A DNA stretch of 55,129 nt from Candidatus Nanopelagicaceae bacterium (GCA_947460855.1 CANHGU010000001.1:1-55129), one strand, 5' to 3'; positions 34,649 to 44,813 are shown, counted from the first letter of the stretch. The notes: a model not told the origin generated them from the sequence alone. Translations and numbers: made by a program.

Positions 34649-35107
34649 CTATTTTTCAATGCCAAATCTACCCTTAGGATAGAAATATAAGTAAATCCCT
34701 AGGGCCATTAAACCTATATCTCTGATAATTTCGGATAAATACTTAGTCTGGCTTGGATCGATCGTACCGCCCCCGCCAAAACAACCACAGTCAATACTCA
34801 GCCCTCTTGCCCATGCCTGCGAAATTGCAATTATAAAAGCTAGCATTGTGATGGCTCCAACTAACCCTGCAAATCTTACAAGTGCACCAGTTACCAGTAA
34901 CAATCCAATTCCTATTTCTACCCAGGGCAATGAATACCCTAAAAAATTTGCTAGCGAAATCGGTAAAAGTTCATAAGCACGAACTGCCATAGCAGATTTT
35001 TGTAGATTGCCGATTTTTAATACACCTGCAGCGATTAAAACTCCGCCTAAAACCAATCGGCAAATTAGCGTTAGCCATGGTTGAGCAATTTTTAGTTTAT
35101 CGCCCAT
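34649..35107 (-). CDS. MauE/DoxX family redox-associated membrane protein
   Basis: RLVLGGV..AG..K, LPWVEI..G, IDCGCFG, EIIRD. Start moved to ATG 35107, overlapping the trpA end. Confidence 0.85.
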   Translation of the reverse strand: MGDKLKIAQPWLTLICRLVLGGVLIAAGVLKIGNLQKSAMAVRAYELLPISLANFLGYSLPWVEIGIGLLLVTGALVRFAGLVGAITMLAFIIAISQAWARGLSIDCGCFGGGGTIDPSQTKYLSEIIRDIGLMALGIYLYFYPKGRFGIEK

Positions 35108-35900
35108 TTCGGACTCCTTCAGCAAGTGATGCTGCTAGGTACTTTATCTTCTTTAAACCCGACCTACCAGTTCCATTCTCTTGAATAATCTTAATAAATG
35201 CTGAGCCAACAATTACACCATCAGCATATTTGGCTACTTCCATAGCTTGTTCCTTAGTTGAAACACCAAGCCCTACCGCAATAGGTGTGTCACTAAATTT
35301 CCGAATTCGATCAACAAGCAACTTTGCATTAATAGAAACTGAGCTTCGAGCCCCAGTCACACCCATTAAACTAGCTGCATATATAAATCCAGAACATTGT
35401 GAAGTAACTTTTGATAATCGATCATCAACCGTGCTGGGAGCTACTACATAAATTCTATTTATTGACATATTAGCTGTTTCATTTGCCCACTGATTAGACT
35501 CCTCAATAGTTAAATCAGGAGTTATTACGCCAGATCCACCTGCAGCAGATATTGACGAAGCAAACTTAGCTGAGCCATATTTTTCAATTGGACTCCAATA
35601 ACTCATAACAACAGAAGGCGCCCCATAACTCACACTCATTTTAAGTAGTTCAAATACTTCCTCTGCTCCAGCGCCATTAGAGATTGCCTGTTCAGAAGCT
35701 GCCTGGATAACAGCACCGTCCATCACTGGATCTGAGTATGGATATCCAATTTCGATTGCATCAACCCCACCATCAATCATCGATTTAACTATCGATTTAG
35801 CGTCCTTTTGAGTTGGAAACCCGGCTGGCAGGTAACCAATTAATGCTGCTCTATTTTCAGATTTTGTCTTAACAAATAATTCCTCTAATGGGGTTGGCAT
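35097..35900 (-). CDS. trpA: tryptophan synthase alpha chain
   Basis: IEIGYPYSDPVMDG.VIQ, MGVTGAR, GLGVS, ADGVIVGSA. Confidence 0.97.
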   Translation of the reverse strand: MPTPLEELFVKTKSENRAALIGYLPAGFPTQKDAKSIVKSMIDGGVDAIEIGYPYSDPVMDGAVIQAASEQAISNGAGAEEVFELLKMSVSYGAPSVVMSYWSPIEKYGSAKFASSISAAGGSGVITPDLTIEESNQWANETANMSINRIYVVAPSTVDDRLSKVTSQCSGFIYAASLMGVTGARSSVSINAKLLVDRIRKFSDTPIAVGLGVSTKEQAMEVAKYADGVIVGSAFIKIIQENGTGRSGLKKIKYLAASLAEGVRNGR

Positions 35901-37114
35901 TAAAGAGGTAATCCAAAATATTCAGCAGCGGTCTGCACATCTTTATCGCCTCGCCCAGAAAGATTTATCAATAAAATTGCATCTTTGCCCAATTCATTGC
36001 CCACCTCTAGCGCTCCCGCTAGCGCATGTGCAGTTTCAATAGCCGGAATTATTCCCTCAGTTTTACAAAGTAATGAGAATGCATACATAGCTTGATCATC
36101 AGTTACCGGTCTATATTCTGCGCGGCCAATATCATTTAAGTATGCATGTTCTGGGCCCACGCCAGGATAATCAAGTCCGGCAGATATTGAATGTGACTCT
36201 ACGGTTTGACCATCTTTATCTTGTAATACGTAAGAGCGTGTTCCATGAAGTACACCAGGTGAACCACCTGAAATAGTTGCGGCATGCAAGCCAGTTTCAA
36301 GTCCACTACCGCCAGCTTCAAATCCAATCAATCGAACTGATTTATCATCAATAAAAGGGTGAAATATTCCTATTGCATTTGATCCACCACCAACACATGC
36401 CAAAACTGCATCTGGTAATTTTCCGGTTAACTCTAGAACTTGTGACCGTGCCTCAACCCCAATAATTCTTTGAAAATCTCGCACCATAGTTGGAAATGGA
36501 TGTGGTCCAGCAACGGTACCTAATAAATAATGCGTGGTATCAACATTTGTAACCCAATCCCGCATTGCTTCATTGATCGCATCTTTTAGTGTTTTAGAGC
36601 CTTGCGTAACTGGAACTACTGTTGCACCTAATAACTTCATTCGAGCAACATTTAATGCTTGCCTCTTGGTGTCTGCTTCGCCCATGTAAACAACGCACTC
36701 CAAACCAAACAACGCTGCCGCTGTTGCTGATGCAACGCCATGTTGACCGGCACCAGTTTCAGCAATAATTCTTTTCTTACCCATACGCTTTGTTAAAAGT
36801 GCTTGTCCTAACACATTATTGATTTTGTGACTACCCGTATGATTTAAATCTTCTCGCTTTAACAATATTCGAGCGCCGCCTGCATGCTCGGCAAATCTCT
36901 TAGCCTCCGTTAAAATGCTAGGTCGACCAGTGTATGTTCTATGTAATTCAGCTAATTCTGATTGAAACTTTGGATCAGATTGAGCAGAAATATGAGCAGC
37001 CGATAATTCATCCAATGCTGCAATTAAGGCTTCTGGAACAAATCTTCCACCATACGGGCCAAAATGGCCAAGTAAAGTTGACTCAATTCCGGTAATTATC
37101 TTGTCGCTAGCCAT
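35900..37114 (-). CDS. trpB: tryptophan synthase beta chain
   Basis: [16 protein letters not shown] (PLP Lys), [32 protein letters not shown]. Confidence 0.99.
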   Translation of the reverse strand: MASDKIITGIESTLLGHFGPYGGRFVPEALIAALDELSAAHISAQSDPKFQSELAELHRTYTGRPSILTEAKRFAEHAGGARILLKREDLNHTGSHKINNVLGQALLTKRMGKKRIIAETGAGQHGVASATAAALFGLECVVYMGEADTKRQALNVARMKLLGATVVPVTQGSKTLKDAINEAMRDWVTNVDTTHYLLGTVAGPHPFPTMVRDFQRIIGVEARSQVLELTGKLPDAVLACVGGGSNAIGIFHPFIDDKSVRLIGFEAGGSGLETGLHAATISGGSPGVLHGTRSYVLQDKDGQTVESHSISAGLDYPGVGPEHAYLNDIGRAEYRPVTDDQAMYAFSLLCKTEGIIPAIETAHALAGALEVGNELGKDAILLINLSGRGDKDVQTAAEYFGLPL

Positions 37115-37134
37115 GGTGAGAGTTTATAAGATTT

Positions 37135-37914
37135 CTACCGATTAAGAAGTTCTTTTACGGTATGAACTGGGTTACCCGCCTTAACCAAAGCTTCTCCAAT
37201 TAACACCGCCTTAGCGCCTAATTCTTGAACGGATAGGACCTGAGAACGACTACTTATACCCGATTCAGCCACCTTTAAAACAGATCGCGGGAGTTGAGGC
37301 AAAATTAATTGAAAATTACTTTCATCAACCTCCAATGTTTTTAAGTTCCGACTATTAACACCAATAATTTTTGAGCCAATTTCTAATGCAATCTCAGCTT
37401 CTTTTAAATCGTGTACTTCAACCAAAACATCCATCCCTAACTCAACTGCTAATTGATAAAAATCAACTAACTGTGACTTTGAAAGCCCAGCCACTATTAG
37501 CAGTATTAAGTCTGAACCAATAATTCTAGATTCAAAAACTTGAAACTCTGTAACTATAAAATCTTTACGTAAAATTGGTAAATTAACCGCTGATCTGATC
37601 GAAGTTAAATCAGAAATTTTACCTTTAAATCTGCGCTCCTCAGTAAGAACACTAATTACATCAGCTCCGCCATTCTGGTAGTCCAAAGCAAGGGAAACTG
37701 GATCTGTAATTACAGATAGATCACCCTTGCTTGGCGAGGAACGTTTAACCTCTGCTATTAGCCGCATGCCTTCTTTATTAAGTGCCTGAAAGGCATTTCT
37801 AAGTTCTGGTGCTCCATCAATTTGCTCTCTAAGTTGAGATATCGGCACTTTACGGCGTTCGACATCTTCAAGTACGCCTTCAATTATTGCTGAAAGTACA
37901 TTTGATTCACTCAT
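37135..37914 (-). CDS. trpC: indole-3-glycerol phosphate synthase
   Basis: IAEVKRSSPSKG, SVLTE, LRKDFI, GVNSRNL, AESGI. Start moved to ATG 37914 (MSESN). Confidence 0.96.
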   Translation of the reverse strand: MSESNVLSAIIEGVLEDVERRKVPISQLREQIDGAPELRNAFQALNKEGMRLIAEVKRSSPSKGDLSVITDPVSLALDYQNGGADVISVLTEERRFKGKISDLTSIRSAVNLPILRKDFIVTEFQVFESRIIGSDLILLIVAGLSKSQLVDFYQLAVELGMDVLVEVHDLKEAEIALEIGSKIIGVNSRNLKTLEVDESNFQLILPQLPRSVLKVAESGISSRSQVLSVQELGAKAVLIGEALVKAGNPVHTVKELLNR

Positions 37915-38062
37915 CAGTGGGATCAATCCCTTCTGAAAGTGATCCCCAGGCATCTAAGGGTTTACGTGAATACTTTTTAGAATTTATTCGCTTATTGAAC
38001 TTGATCAATAAATATGTCAGTAGCGCAACAAAAAGTAAACTAAGTAAAATAGATGATTTCAT
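37907..38062 (-). CDS. 51-aa single-TM protein, apparently a minimal trp-operon-associated membrane protein (TIGR02234/Trp_oprn_chp-like C-terminus); not in the ORF track
   Basis: Manual translation: MKSSILLSLLFVALLTYLLIKFNKRINSKKYSRKPLDAWGSLSEGIDPTDE*. The ATG overlaps the trpE stop (TAATG) and the end overlaps the trpC ATG. Confidence 0.8.
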   Translation of the reverse strand: MKSSILLSLLFVALLTYLLIKFNKRINSKKYSRKPLDAWGSLSEGIDPTDE

Positions 38063-39555
38063 TATAAAGACACCATACTATTTGCTGTTGCTATAGCTCC
38101 CAGAACTGCAGCCGCCTTATTTAAGCATTCTTGATTCTCAGAAACTGGATTAGAGTCAGCTACAATCCCAGCTCCAGCTTGTACGTAAGCAATTCCATCC
38201 TTAATAACTGCAGTTCTAATTGCAATGCATGTGTCTATATTTCCAGTAAAATCTAAGTAACCAATTGTCCCGCCATATATGCCACGTCTAGTAGGTTCAT
38301 TCTCTTCGATAATCTCCATAGCCCTTGGCTTAGGCGCACCAGACAATGTTCCTGCTGGAAATACTGCAAACAAAGCTTCGATTGGTGCTATTTTCGTAGC
38401 TAATTTACCAACTACTGTCGAAACAATATGCATAACATGTGAGTATCGTTCAATTTGCATAAACTCAGTGACTTCAACTGTTCCGGCTTGGCAAACTCTA
38501 CCCAAATCATTTCGACCAAGATCAACAAGCATTAAATGTTCGGCTCTTTCTTTTGGATCCAGAAGCAATTCTTGAGCTGACTTTTCATCAGTTGCTATAT
38601 CTTCGCTTCTTGCCCGTGTGCCAGCAATAGGATGAATCATCACTTGGTCACCAGTGACTTTTACCAACGCTTCCGGGCTTGAACCAACTACTGATAATCC
38701 GTTCGCGAAGCGAAACAAATACATATAAGGGCTTGGATTTTGCTCGCGTAACACTCGATAAAGATCAAAAGGGTCTGCTGTAGCTGACATAGAAAATCTC
38801 TGGGATAAAACAACTTGAAATGCTTCTCCAGATTTTATCTCTTCCTTAATTAGTTCAACTTTACTTATATAACTTTCATTATCTGTATTACGCCTAAAAT
38901 CAGGTACAACTCGCTCTGGAATTTTTGTTAGATTAAGATCTGGAATGCTTAAATTTAGTTCCATTTCATCTAATCTAAAAATGGCATTTTCATACGCCAA
39001 GTCCACTCGATCAGGACTTCCATCCCAATTGATTGCATTCGCAATTAACGTGACAACACCTTCTTTATGATCATAAACAGCCAAGTCAGATGTGAGCATC
39101 ATCGCAATCTCTGGGATATCTACATCACTTAAAGCTAAATTTGGTAACTTCTCAAGTCGGCGAACAATTTCATAACCCAAATAACCAACAAGTCCGCCTG
39201 TAAGTGGTGGCAAGCCATCGAGTTTTGGGGATCGTAAATGTTTTGTAGAAATTCTTAGTGCCGATAATGGATCAATTCCAGTCGGAGCACCAGCAGGCAT
39301 TACCCCTTCCCAAATAGCTAAACCATTTGCTTCAGTAAGAGTTGCTTCACTGTTGACACCAATGAATGAGTACCTGGACCAAACGCCAGCTTCTGCGGAC
39401 TCCAGTAAAAATGTTCCGCTCCTATGTGAGGCTAACTTATTATAAATTGAAAGTGGTGACTGATTTTTTATACTTAGCTTTCTGGCAACTGGAATGACAT
39501 TAAACTCTTTCGCATATTCACGAAATGAGTTAAGAGAGATCAATGCCTTTTCCAC
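38062..39555 (-). CDS. trpE: anthranilate synthase component I
   Basis: FLLESAE..WSRYSFIG, NPSPYMY, SSPE, PIAGT, KERAEHLMLVDLGRND, FPAGTLSGAPK. Confidence 0.97.
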   Translation of the reverse strand: MEKALISLNSFREYAKEFNVIPVARKLSIKNQSPLSIYNKLASHRSGTFLLESAEAGVWSRYSFIGVNSEATLTEANGLAIWEGVMPAGAPTGIDPLSALRISTKHLRSPKLDGLPPLTGGLVGYLGYEIVRRLEKLPNLALSDVDIPEIAMMLTSDLAVYDHKEGVVTLIANAINWDGSPDRVDLAYENAIFRLDEMELNLSIPDLNLTKIPERVVPDFRRNTDNESYISKVELIKEEIKSGEAFQVVLSQRFSMSATADPFDLYRVLREQNPSPYMYLFRFANGLSVVGSSPEALVKVTGDQVMIHPIAGTRARSEDIATDEKSAQELLLDPKERAEHLMLVDLGRNDLGRVCQAGTVEVTEFMQIERYSHVMHIVSTVVGKLATKIAPIEALFAVFPAGTLSGAPKPRAMEIIEENEPTRRGIYGGTIGYLDFTGNIDTCIAIRTAVIKDGIAYVQAGAGIVADSNPVSENQECLNKAAAVLGAIATANSMVSL

Positions 39556-39594
39556 TTGCCTATTCTGCCGTAATTGAACAGAACCCTGCGCCGA

Positions 39595-40317
39595 TTATTC
39601 AGAACAAGCGTCGAGTGCCGCATTTAAATCAACCGCACCGACATATAGCGCCTGCCCAACTATCACACCTTCTACACCTAAGTGTCGCAAATCATCAATG
39701 TCTGAAATTTTTCCAACCCCACCGCTTGCAATAATAGAAGCATCTGTTCGTTCTAAAATCTTTTGAATCAAATTGAGGTTTGGACCAGTTAGTGCTCCAT
39801 CTGCTGAATTGTCAGTGACTACATACCTTTTACATCCAACATCATTTAGTATCGATAAGAAATCAAAAACATTTCCAAGTACTTCACCGCTACCTCTTGC
39901 AATCAATACCTCATTACTGACATCTAAGCTAACTGAGATGCGATCACCATGAGCACTAAGAACTTTTTTAACCCATTCAATATCTAATAGGGATGACGTT
40001 GCAAGATTTATTCGCTTAGCGCTTGTAGAAAGTGCAGAATCAAGAGCATCTTGATCAGCGATACCGCCAGAAAGCTGGATTGGTATTTGAATCTTTCTAA
40101 TTAGTTCTTTAATCATCTCCCGGTTATTGCCGCTTCTAAATGCTGCATTTATATCAACAAGGTGAATCCATTTTGCCCCCGCTGCAATAAAATCATTTAT
40201 TACCTCAGATGGTTGGCCGTAATCCTTAATTGAATCTATATTTGATTTATTTAGCCTAACTGCGAGTCCATCCTTAATATCAACTGCCGGCAGAAGATCA
40301 ATCTTTTTTAACCCCAT
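39595..40317 (-). CDS. priA: PriA/HisA-family phosphoribosyl isomerase, probably specialised for TrpF activity
   Basis: LLPAVD..AVRL, WIHLVD..AAF, LSGGI, VVTD...DG.LTGPN, ASGGV, IVGQALY. Start at ATG 40317 overlapping the dnaE stop (TAATG). Confidence 0.88.
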   Translation of the reverse strand: MGLKKIDLLPAVDIKDGLAVRLNKSNIDSIKDYGQPSEVINDFIAAGAKWIHLVDINAAFRSGNNREMIKELIRKIQIPIQLSGGIADQDALDSALSTSAKRINLATSSLLDIEWVKKVLSAHGDRISVSLDVSNEVLIARGSGEVLGNVFDFLSILNDVGCKRYVVTDNSADGALTGPNLNLIQKILERTDASIIASGGVGKISDIDDLRHLGVEGVIVGQALYVGAVDLNAALDACSE

Positions 40318-43300
40318 TAAAGCACTAGACAATCTGGCCCTAGTACAGTTTTTAGATCTGCACTTAAACTTGGCGATGAAGTAACTTTTAGAGCCTCATC
40401 TAATTTAAGAACGGTTTTTTTCTCGCCATCGACTAGCCGCAGATGAACCTCTCTTGCACCTGGATGTGAACGCAAAATCTCATTCATTCGATCTATTACT
40501 GGAGGTGTGCAGCGCGACATCTCCATAGAAATAATTAATGGACCAGTTGGTACTTGCTTCAAATCGGGCAAGGTTAAATCAAGGGCTGAAATTCTAGGCT
40601 GTTCCTCTCGTTTATCAACTCGACCACGAATTGCAACAATTCGATCCTCTACTAAGTTAACGCCATGGGCTGCATAAGCATTAGAGAAAAATAAAACATC
40701 AACTGCTCCCTCTAAATCTTCAACAGTGACAATCGCCCAAGGTGTTCCTTGCTTTGAAACTTTACGTTGTATTTGAGTAATTAAACCACCAATAGTAATT
40801 ATTTGATCATGAGCGACCTCAGGAATTTGGCTTATTGAAAAATCAGCCACTGAACGTAAAACATGTTCGACACCTAGAAGTGGGTGGTCTGAAACATATA
40901 GTCCTAACATCTCCCTCTCGTACCCAAGCAACATCATTTTTTCCCATTCAATATTTGGGATTTCAAGCACAACTCCATTGATGCTAGAAGTGGCATTTGC
41001 CGCACCAAATAAGTCAAACTGACCAATTGACTCTGCCCGCTTGGCTTCCGATACAACATCTAAAGCTTCTAGGAACACCATCATTAAACCACGTCGGGAA
41101 TGGCTTAAGGAATCAAATGCACCAGCTTTAATCAATGATTCAATACTCTTTTTATTGCATACGATAGCGTCAACTTTTGATAAGAAATCTCCAAAATTTT
41201 CATAGCGCCCTTTTATCTTCCGATTGTTGATTATTGAAGCAACAACATTTTCGCCAACATTTCTTATAGCAGTTAAGCCGAATCTAATATCACTTCCAAT
41301 TGGTGTGTACTCCGAATCTGATTCATTTACATCAGGTGGAAGAACCTTAATACCCATTCGGCGACACTCATTTAAGTAGAGAGCACTCTTATCTTTATCA
41401 TCACGAACACTAGTTAGAAGCGCAGCCATATATTCTGCTGGATAGTTAGCTTTCAGATATGCAGTCCAAAATGAAAGTAAGCCATAACCGGCGCTATGAG
41501 CCCTATTGAATGCATAATCAGAGAATGGGATTAGTGTTTGCCATAATTTTTCTACAGCATCCTCAGAAAAACCATTCGCCTTCATTCCGCTTTCAAAATG
41601 AACTTTTTCCTTGTCCAAAATCTTCTTATCCTTTTTGCCCATAGCTTTACGGAGCAAATCTGCTCGCCCTAAAGTAAAGCCAGCTACTTTGCGAGCAATC
41701 GCTAATACCTGCTCCTGATAAACAATTAATCCATATGTATCTTTCAATATTTCATTTAATGGTTTATCTAATTCAGGATGAATCGCAACTGGAACCTTGC
41801 GGCCATTTTTGTAATCAGCGTACTTATTATGTGAATCTTCACCCATTGGTCCTGGACGATAAAGTGCAATCACGGCTGCAATGTCCTCAAAGCTATCTGG
41901 TGCCATAGAGCGCAGCAGTGACCTAATCGGCGCGCTATCTAACTGAAATACACCTAGAGTGTCTCCTCTTGATAGCAACTCAAAAGTTTTCTTATCAGAT
42001 AAAGGCAAGGTTTCTAATACCACTTTCTTACCTAAGTTCTTCTCGATATTTAATAAACAATCATCCAAAACAGATAAGTTCCGGAGCCCTAAGAAGTCCA
42101 TCTTTAATAATCCAGTGGCTTCACATGCTCCCATATCAAACTGCGTAATGATCGCACCGTCTGAATCTCTGCGATGGATTGGAATAACATCTAGCAACGG
42201 CTCTTTACTTAAAATTACTCCAGCTGCATGGACTCCCCATTGTCGCTTTAATCCCTCAATTCCAAGTGCGGTATCTACTATTTTTTTTGAATCAGAATCA
42301 CTCTCATATAGGTTACGAAATTCAGATGCTTCGCCGTAGCGATCATCATCCATATCAAATACTCCACTAAGTGAAATATCCTTGCCCATGACTGAAGGTG
42401 GAAGAGATTTAGTCAATCTCTCACCCAATGCATATGGGTAACCAAGAACTCTAGTTGAATCTTTAATTGCCTGCTTTGACTTAATTGTTCCGTAGGTAAT
42501 TATCTGCGCAACTCGATCATCTCCATATTTTGCCGTTGCATATGCAATCATTTCTGATCTACGTCGCTCATCAAAATCTAAATCTATATCTGGCATTGAA
42601 ATACGCTCTGGGTTTAAGAATCGCTCAAACAATAAATTAAATTTAATTGGGTCAAGGCCGGTAACGCCAAGAGCATATGAAACTAGTGAACCGGCAGCAG
42701 AGCCACGACCTGGGCCAACGCGAATTCCAACTTTTCGAGCGTGATCACAAAGATCTGCAACAACTAAGAAGTATCCGGGGAAACCCATTTTTATCATTAC
42801 ATCCAACTCGAAGTTGAGTCGCTCTTGGTACTCCAGTGGTACTTGATTACCCATTTTTTCAACTAAACCTTCATTGGCCAATTTTATTAACCAACTATCT
42901 TCCGTTTGTCCTTGCGGTACTGGGAATCTTGGTAGCAAATTCTCACCTTCGCGCATAGTTGTGTCACATCGCTCAGCGATAAGTAAGGTGTTATCGCAAG
43001 CTATTGGAAAATCTTTGAACAACTCACGCATCTGCTTTGCGCTCTTCAGATAAAACTCTGAGTTCTCAAATTTAAATCTTTTTGGATCAGCAATAGTTGA
43101 CCCGGATTGAATACAAAGTAAAACCTCGTGAGCTGCTGCATCTTCATGATGGGTATAGTGAAGGTCATTTGTAGCAAGTTGGGGAAGGTTTAGTTCTTTA
43201 CCTAATTTTATCAAATCTGCAAAACCTCTTTGTTCGATCTCAATTGAGTGATCCATAATTTCCAGAAAGAAATTATCTGGGCCGAAAATATCTCTTAAGT

Positions 43301-43844
43301 CGCTAGCCGCTTTTAGCGCCTCTTTGTACCCACCCATGCGTAACCTTGTTTGTATTTCGCCGCCTGCGCAACCGGTAGTACCAATAATTCCCTTTGAATA
43401 CTTTGCGAGTAACTCTCGATCTACTCTTGGCTTATAGTAAAAACCTTCAAGGGAAGCTAATGACGAGAGCTTAAACAAATTTGATAGCCCTTCATTATTT
43501 TCTGCCAGCAAGGTCATATGCGTATAGGCACCGCCGCCTGAGACATCATCTTCCCCGCCTTCTGCCCATTTGACTCTTCTCTTATCAAATCTTGACTCTG
43601 GTGCAACATAAGCTTCAATTCCAATAATTGGTTTAACACCTGCTGCTTTAGCGGTTTTATGGAATTCAAATGCTCCGAATACATTTCCGTGATCTGTCAT
43701 GGCGATTGCTGGCATTTGCTGACGGGCAACCTCTGCAACTAGTTCAGAGATTTTTGCAGCTCCATCAAGCATTGAGTACTCCGTGTGCACATGCAGGTGC
43801 ACAAAATTTTCCGAGTTCTTCTGGTTGCTGGTTTCGTTAGGCAT
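40317..43844 (-). CDS. dnaE: DNA polymerase III alpha subunit
   Basis: PHP domain HLHVHTEYSMLDG, GPGRGSAAGS, SMPDIDLDF, KMDFLGL, C-terminal OB fold; no intein-sized insertion. Confidence 0.99.
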   Translation of the reverse strand: MPNETSNQKNSENFVHLHVHTEYSMLDGAAKISELVAEVARQQMPAIAMTDHGNVFGAFEFHKTAKAAGVKPIIGIEAYVAPESRFDKRRVKWAEGGEDDVSGGGAYTHMTLLAENNEGLSNLFKLSSLASLEGFYYKPRVDRELLAKYSKGIIGTTGCAGGEIQTRLRMGGYKEALKAASDLRDIFGPDNFFLEIMDHSIEIEQRGFADLIKLGKELNLPQLATNDLHYTHHEDAAAHEVLLCIQSGSTIADPKRFKFENSEFYLKSAKQMRELFKDFPIACDNTLLIAERCDTTMREGENLLPRFPVPQGQTEDSWLIKLANEGLVEKMGNQVPLEYQERLNFELDVMIKMGFPGYFLVVADLCDHARKVGIRVGPGRGSAAGSLVSYALGVTGLDPIKFNLLFERFLNPERISMPDIDLDFDERRRSEMIAYATAKYGDDRVAQIITYGTIKSKQAIKDSTRVLGYPYALGERLTKSLPPSVMGKDISLSGVFDMDDDRYGEASEFRNLYESDSDSKKIVDTALGIEGLKRQWGVHAAGVILSKEPLLDVIPIHRRDSDGAIITQFDMGACEATGLLKMDFLGLRNLSVLDDCLLNIEKNLGKKVVLETLPLSDKKTFELLSRGDTLGVFQLDSAPIRSLLRSMAPDSFEDIAAVIALYRPGPMGEDSHNKYADYKNGRKVPVAIHPELDKPLNEILKDTYGLIVYQEQVLAIARKVAGFTLGRADLLRKAMGKKDKKILDKEKVHFESGMKANGFSEDAVEKLWQTLIPFSDYAFNRAHSAGYGLLSFWTAYLKANYPAEYMAALLTSVRDDKDKSALYLNECRRMGIKVLPPDVNESDSEYTPIGSDIRFGLTAIRNVGENVVASIINNRKIKGRYENFGDFLSKVDAIVCNKKSIESLIKAGAFDSLSHSRRGLMMVFLEALDVVSEAKRAESIGQFDLFGAANATSSINGVVLEIPNIEWEKMMLLGYEREMLGLYVSDHPLLGVEHVLRSVADFSISQIPEVAHDQIITIGGLITQIQRKVSKQGTPWAIVTVEDLEGAVDVLFFSNAYAAHGVNLVEDRIVAIRGRVDKREEQPRISALDLTLPDLKQVPTGPLIISMEMSRCTPPVIDRMNEILRSHPGAREVHLRLVDGEKKTVLKLDEALKVTSSPSLSADLKTVLGPDCLVL

Positions 43845-43874
43845 GGATGGTGAGATTACTACTGACCTTAATTA

Positions 43875-44813
43875 CTAGCGGGCAATATCTGAAAGGAGCG
43901 TAAGTGAGCGTGTCAGATCCTCTGGATACTCAGAATTAAAGGAGAGACGCTCACCACTGCCAGGGTGGGTAAAACCAAGTTGTTTTGCATGAAGCCATGG
44001 CCTGCTTATCTTTAACCTTTGGGCCAGTGCTGGATCTGAGCCATAAGTTAGATCACCAACTAATGGGTGATGCAGTGCTGAGAAATGAACTCTAATCTGA
44101 TGTGTCCGACCTGTTTCAAGCTCAATCTCAAGCAGAGTTACTGCTGGAAAAACTTCTAACGTTTTATAGTGCGTGATACTTGGTTTTCCATTGGCAACTA
44201 CCGCAAAACGATAATCCTCACGAGGATGGCGATCAATCGGTGCATCAATTGTCCCAACAGTTGGATCCATGTGTCCTTGGACAAGAGCATGATAAACCTT
44301 TGAAACTGTTCGATCCCTAAACTGATCTTTTAAATTTGAGTAAGCAATCTCATTTTTAGCGACAACCATCAAGCCCGATGTTCCAACATCTAATCTATGC
44401 ACCACACCTTGCCGTTCGGCCGCACCCGATGTGGAAAGTTGATAGCCGGCAGCAAATATTGCACCCACCACTGTTGCCCCTTGCCAACCTGGACTCGGAT
44501 GAGCTGCAATACCTACTGGCTTATCAATAACAATTAAGTACTCATCATCGTAAACAACCTTAAGGCCATCTATTGGTGTAGCAGTTAATTTAGCTTCTCT
44601 TTTTGCGGCAGGCATTAATATCTCGATTAGATCTCCCGTTGTTACTCGATCAGATTTACCAACTATCTTTCCTAATTTAGATATTTCCTCTGCCTCTATC
44701 AAGCCCACAATCACATTTCTGGACAATCCCAATAATCTCGAAAGGGCTGCATCTACTCGCTCTTGATTTAATCCCTCTGGGATAGAAAGGCTTCTTCTTT
44801 CTCTCTCACTCAT
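43875..44813 (-). CDS. rluD: RluA/RluD family pseudouridine synthase
   Basis: N-terminal S4-like region, VHRLDVGTSG, LETGRTHQIRVH. Confidence 0.93.
   Translation of the reverse strand: MSERERRSLSIPEGLNQERVDAALSRLLGLSRNVIVGLIEAEEISKLGKIVGKSDRVTTGDLIEILMPAAKREAKLTATPIDGLKVVYDDEYLIVIDKPVGIAAHPSPGWQGATVVGAIFAAGYQLSTSGAAERQGVVHRLDVGTSGLMVVAKNEIAYSNLKDQFRDRTVSKVYHALVQGHMDPTVGTIDAPIDRHPREDYRFAVVANGKPSITHYKTLEVFPAVTLLEIELETGRTHQIRVHFSALHHPLVGDLTYGSDPALAQRLKISRPWLHAKQLGFTHPGSGERLSFNSEYPEDLTRSLTLLSDIAR

Noticed and set aside
22946-40332. N-terminal extensions given by the track for livM (22975), DoxX (35125), trpC (37953) and priA (40332)
   Set aside because: They run into upstream coding sequence. 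Downstream ATGs that abut or overlap the upstream stop give normal lengths.
40317-43844. Intein in dnaE
   Set aside because: The length (1175 aa) is normal, the motifs are contiguous and no splice-junction motif was seen.
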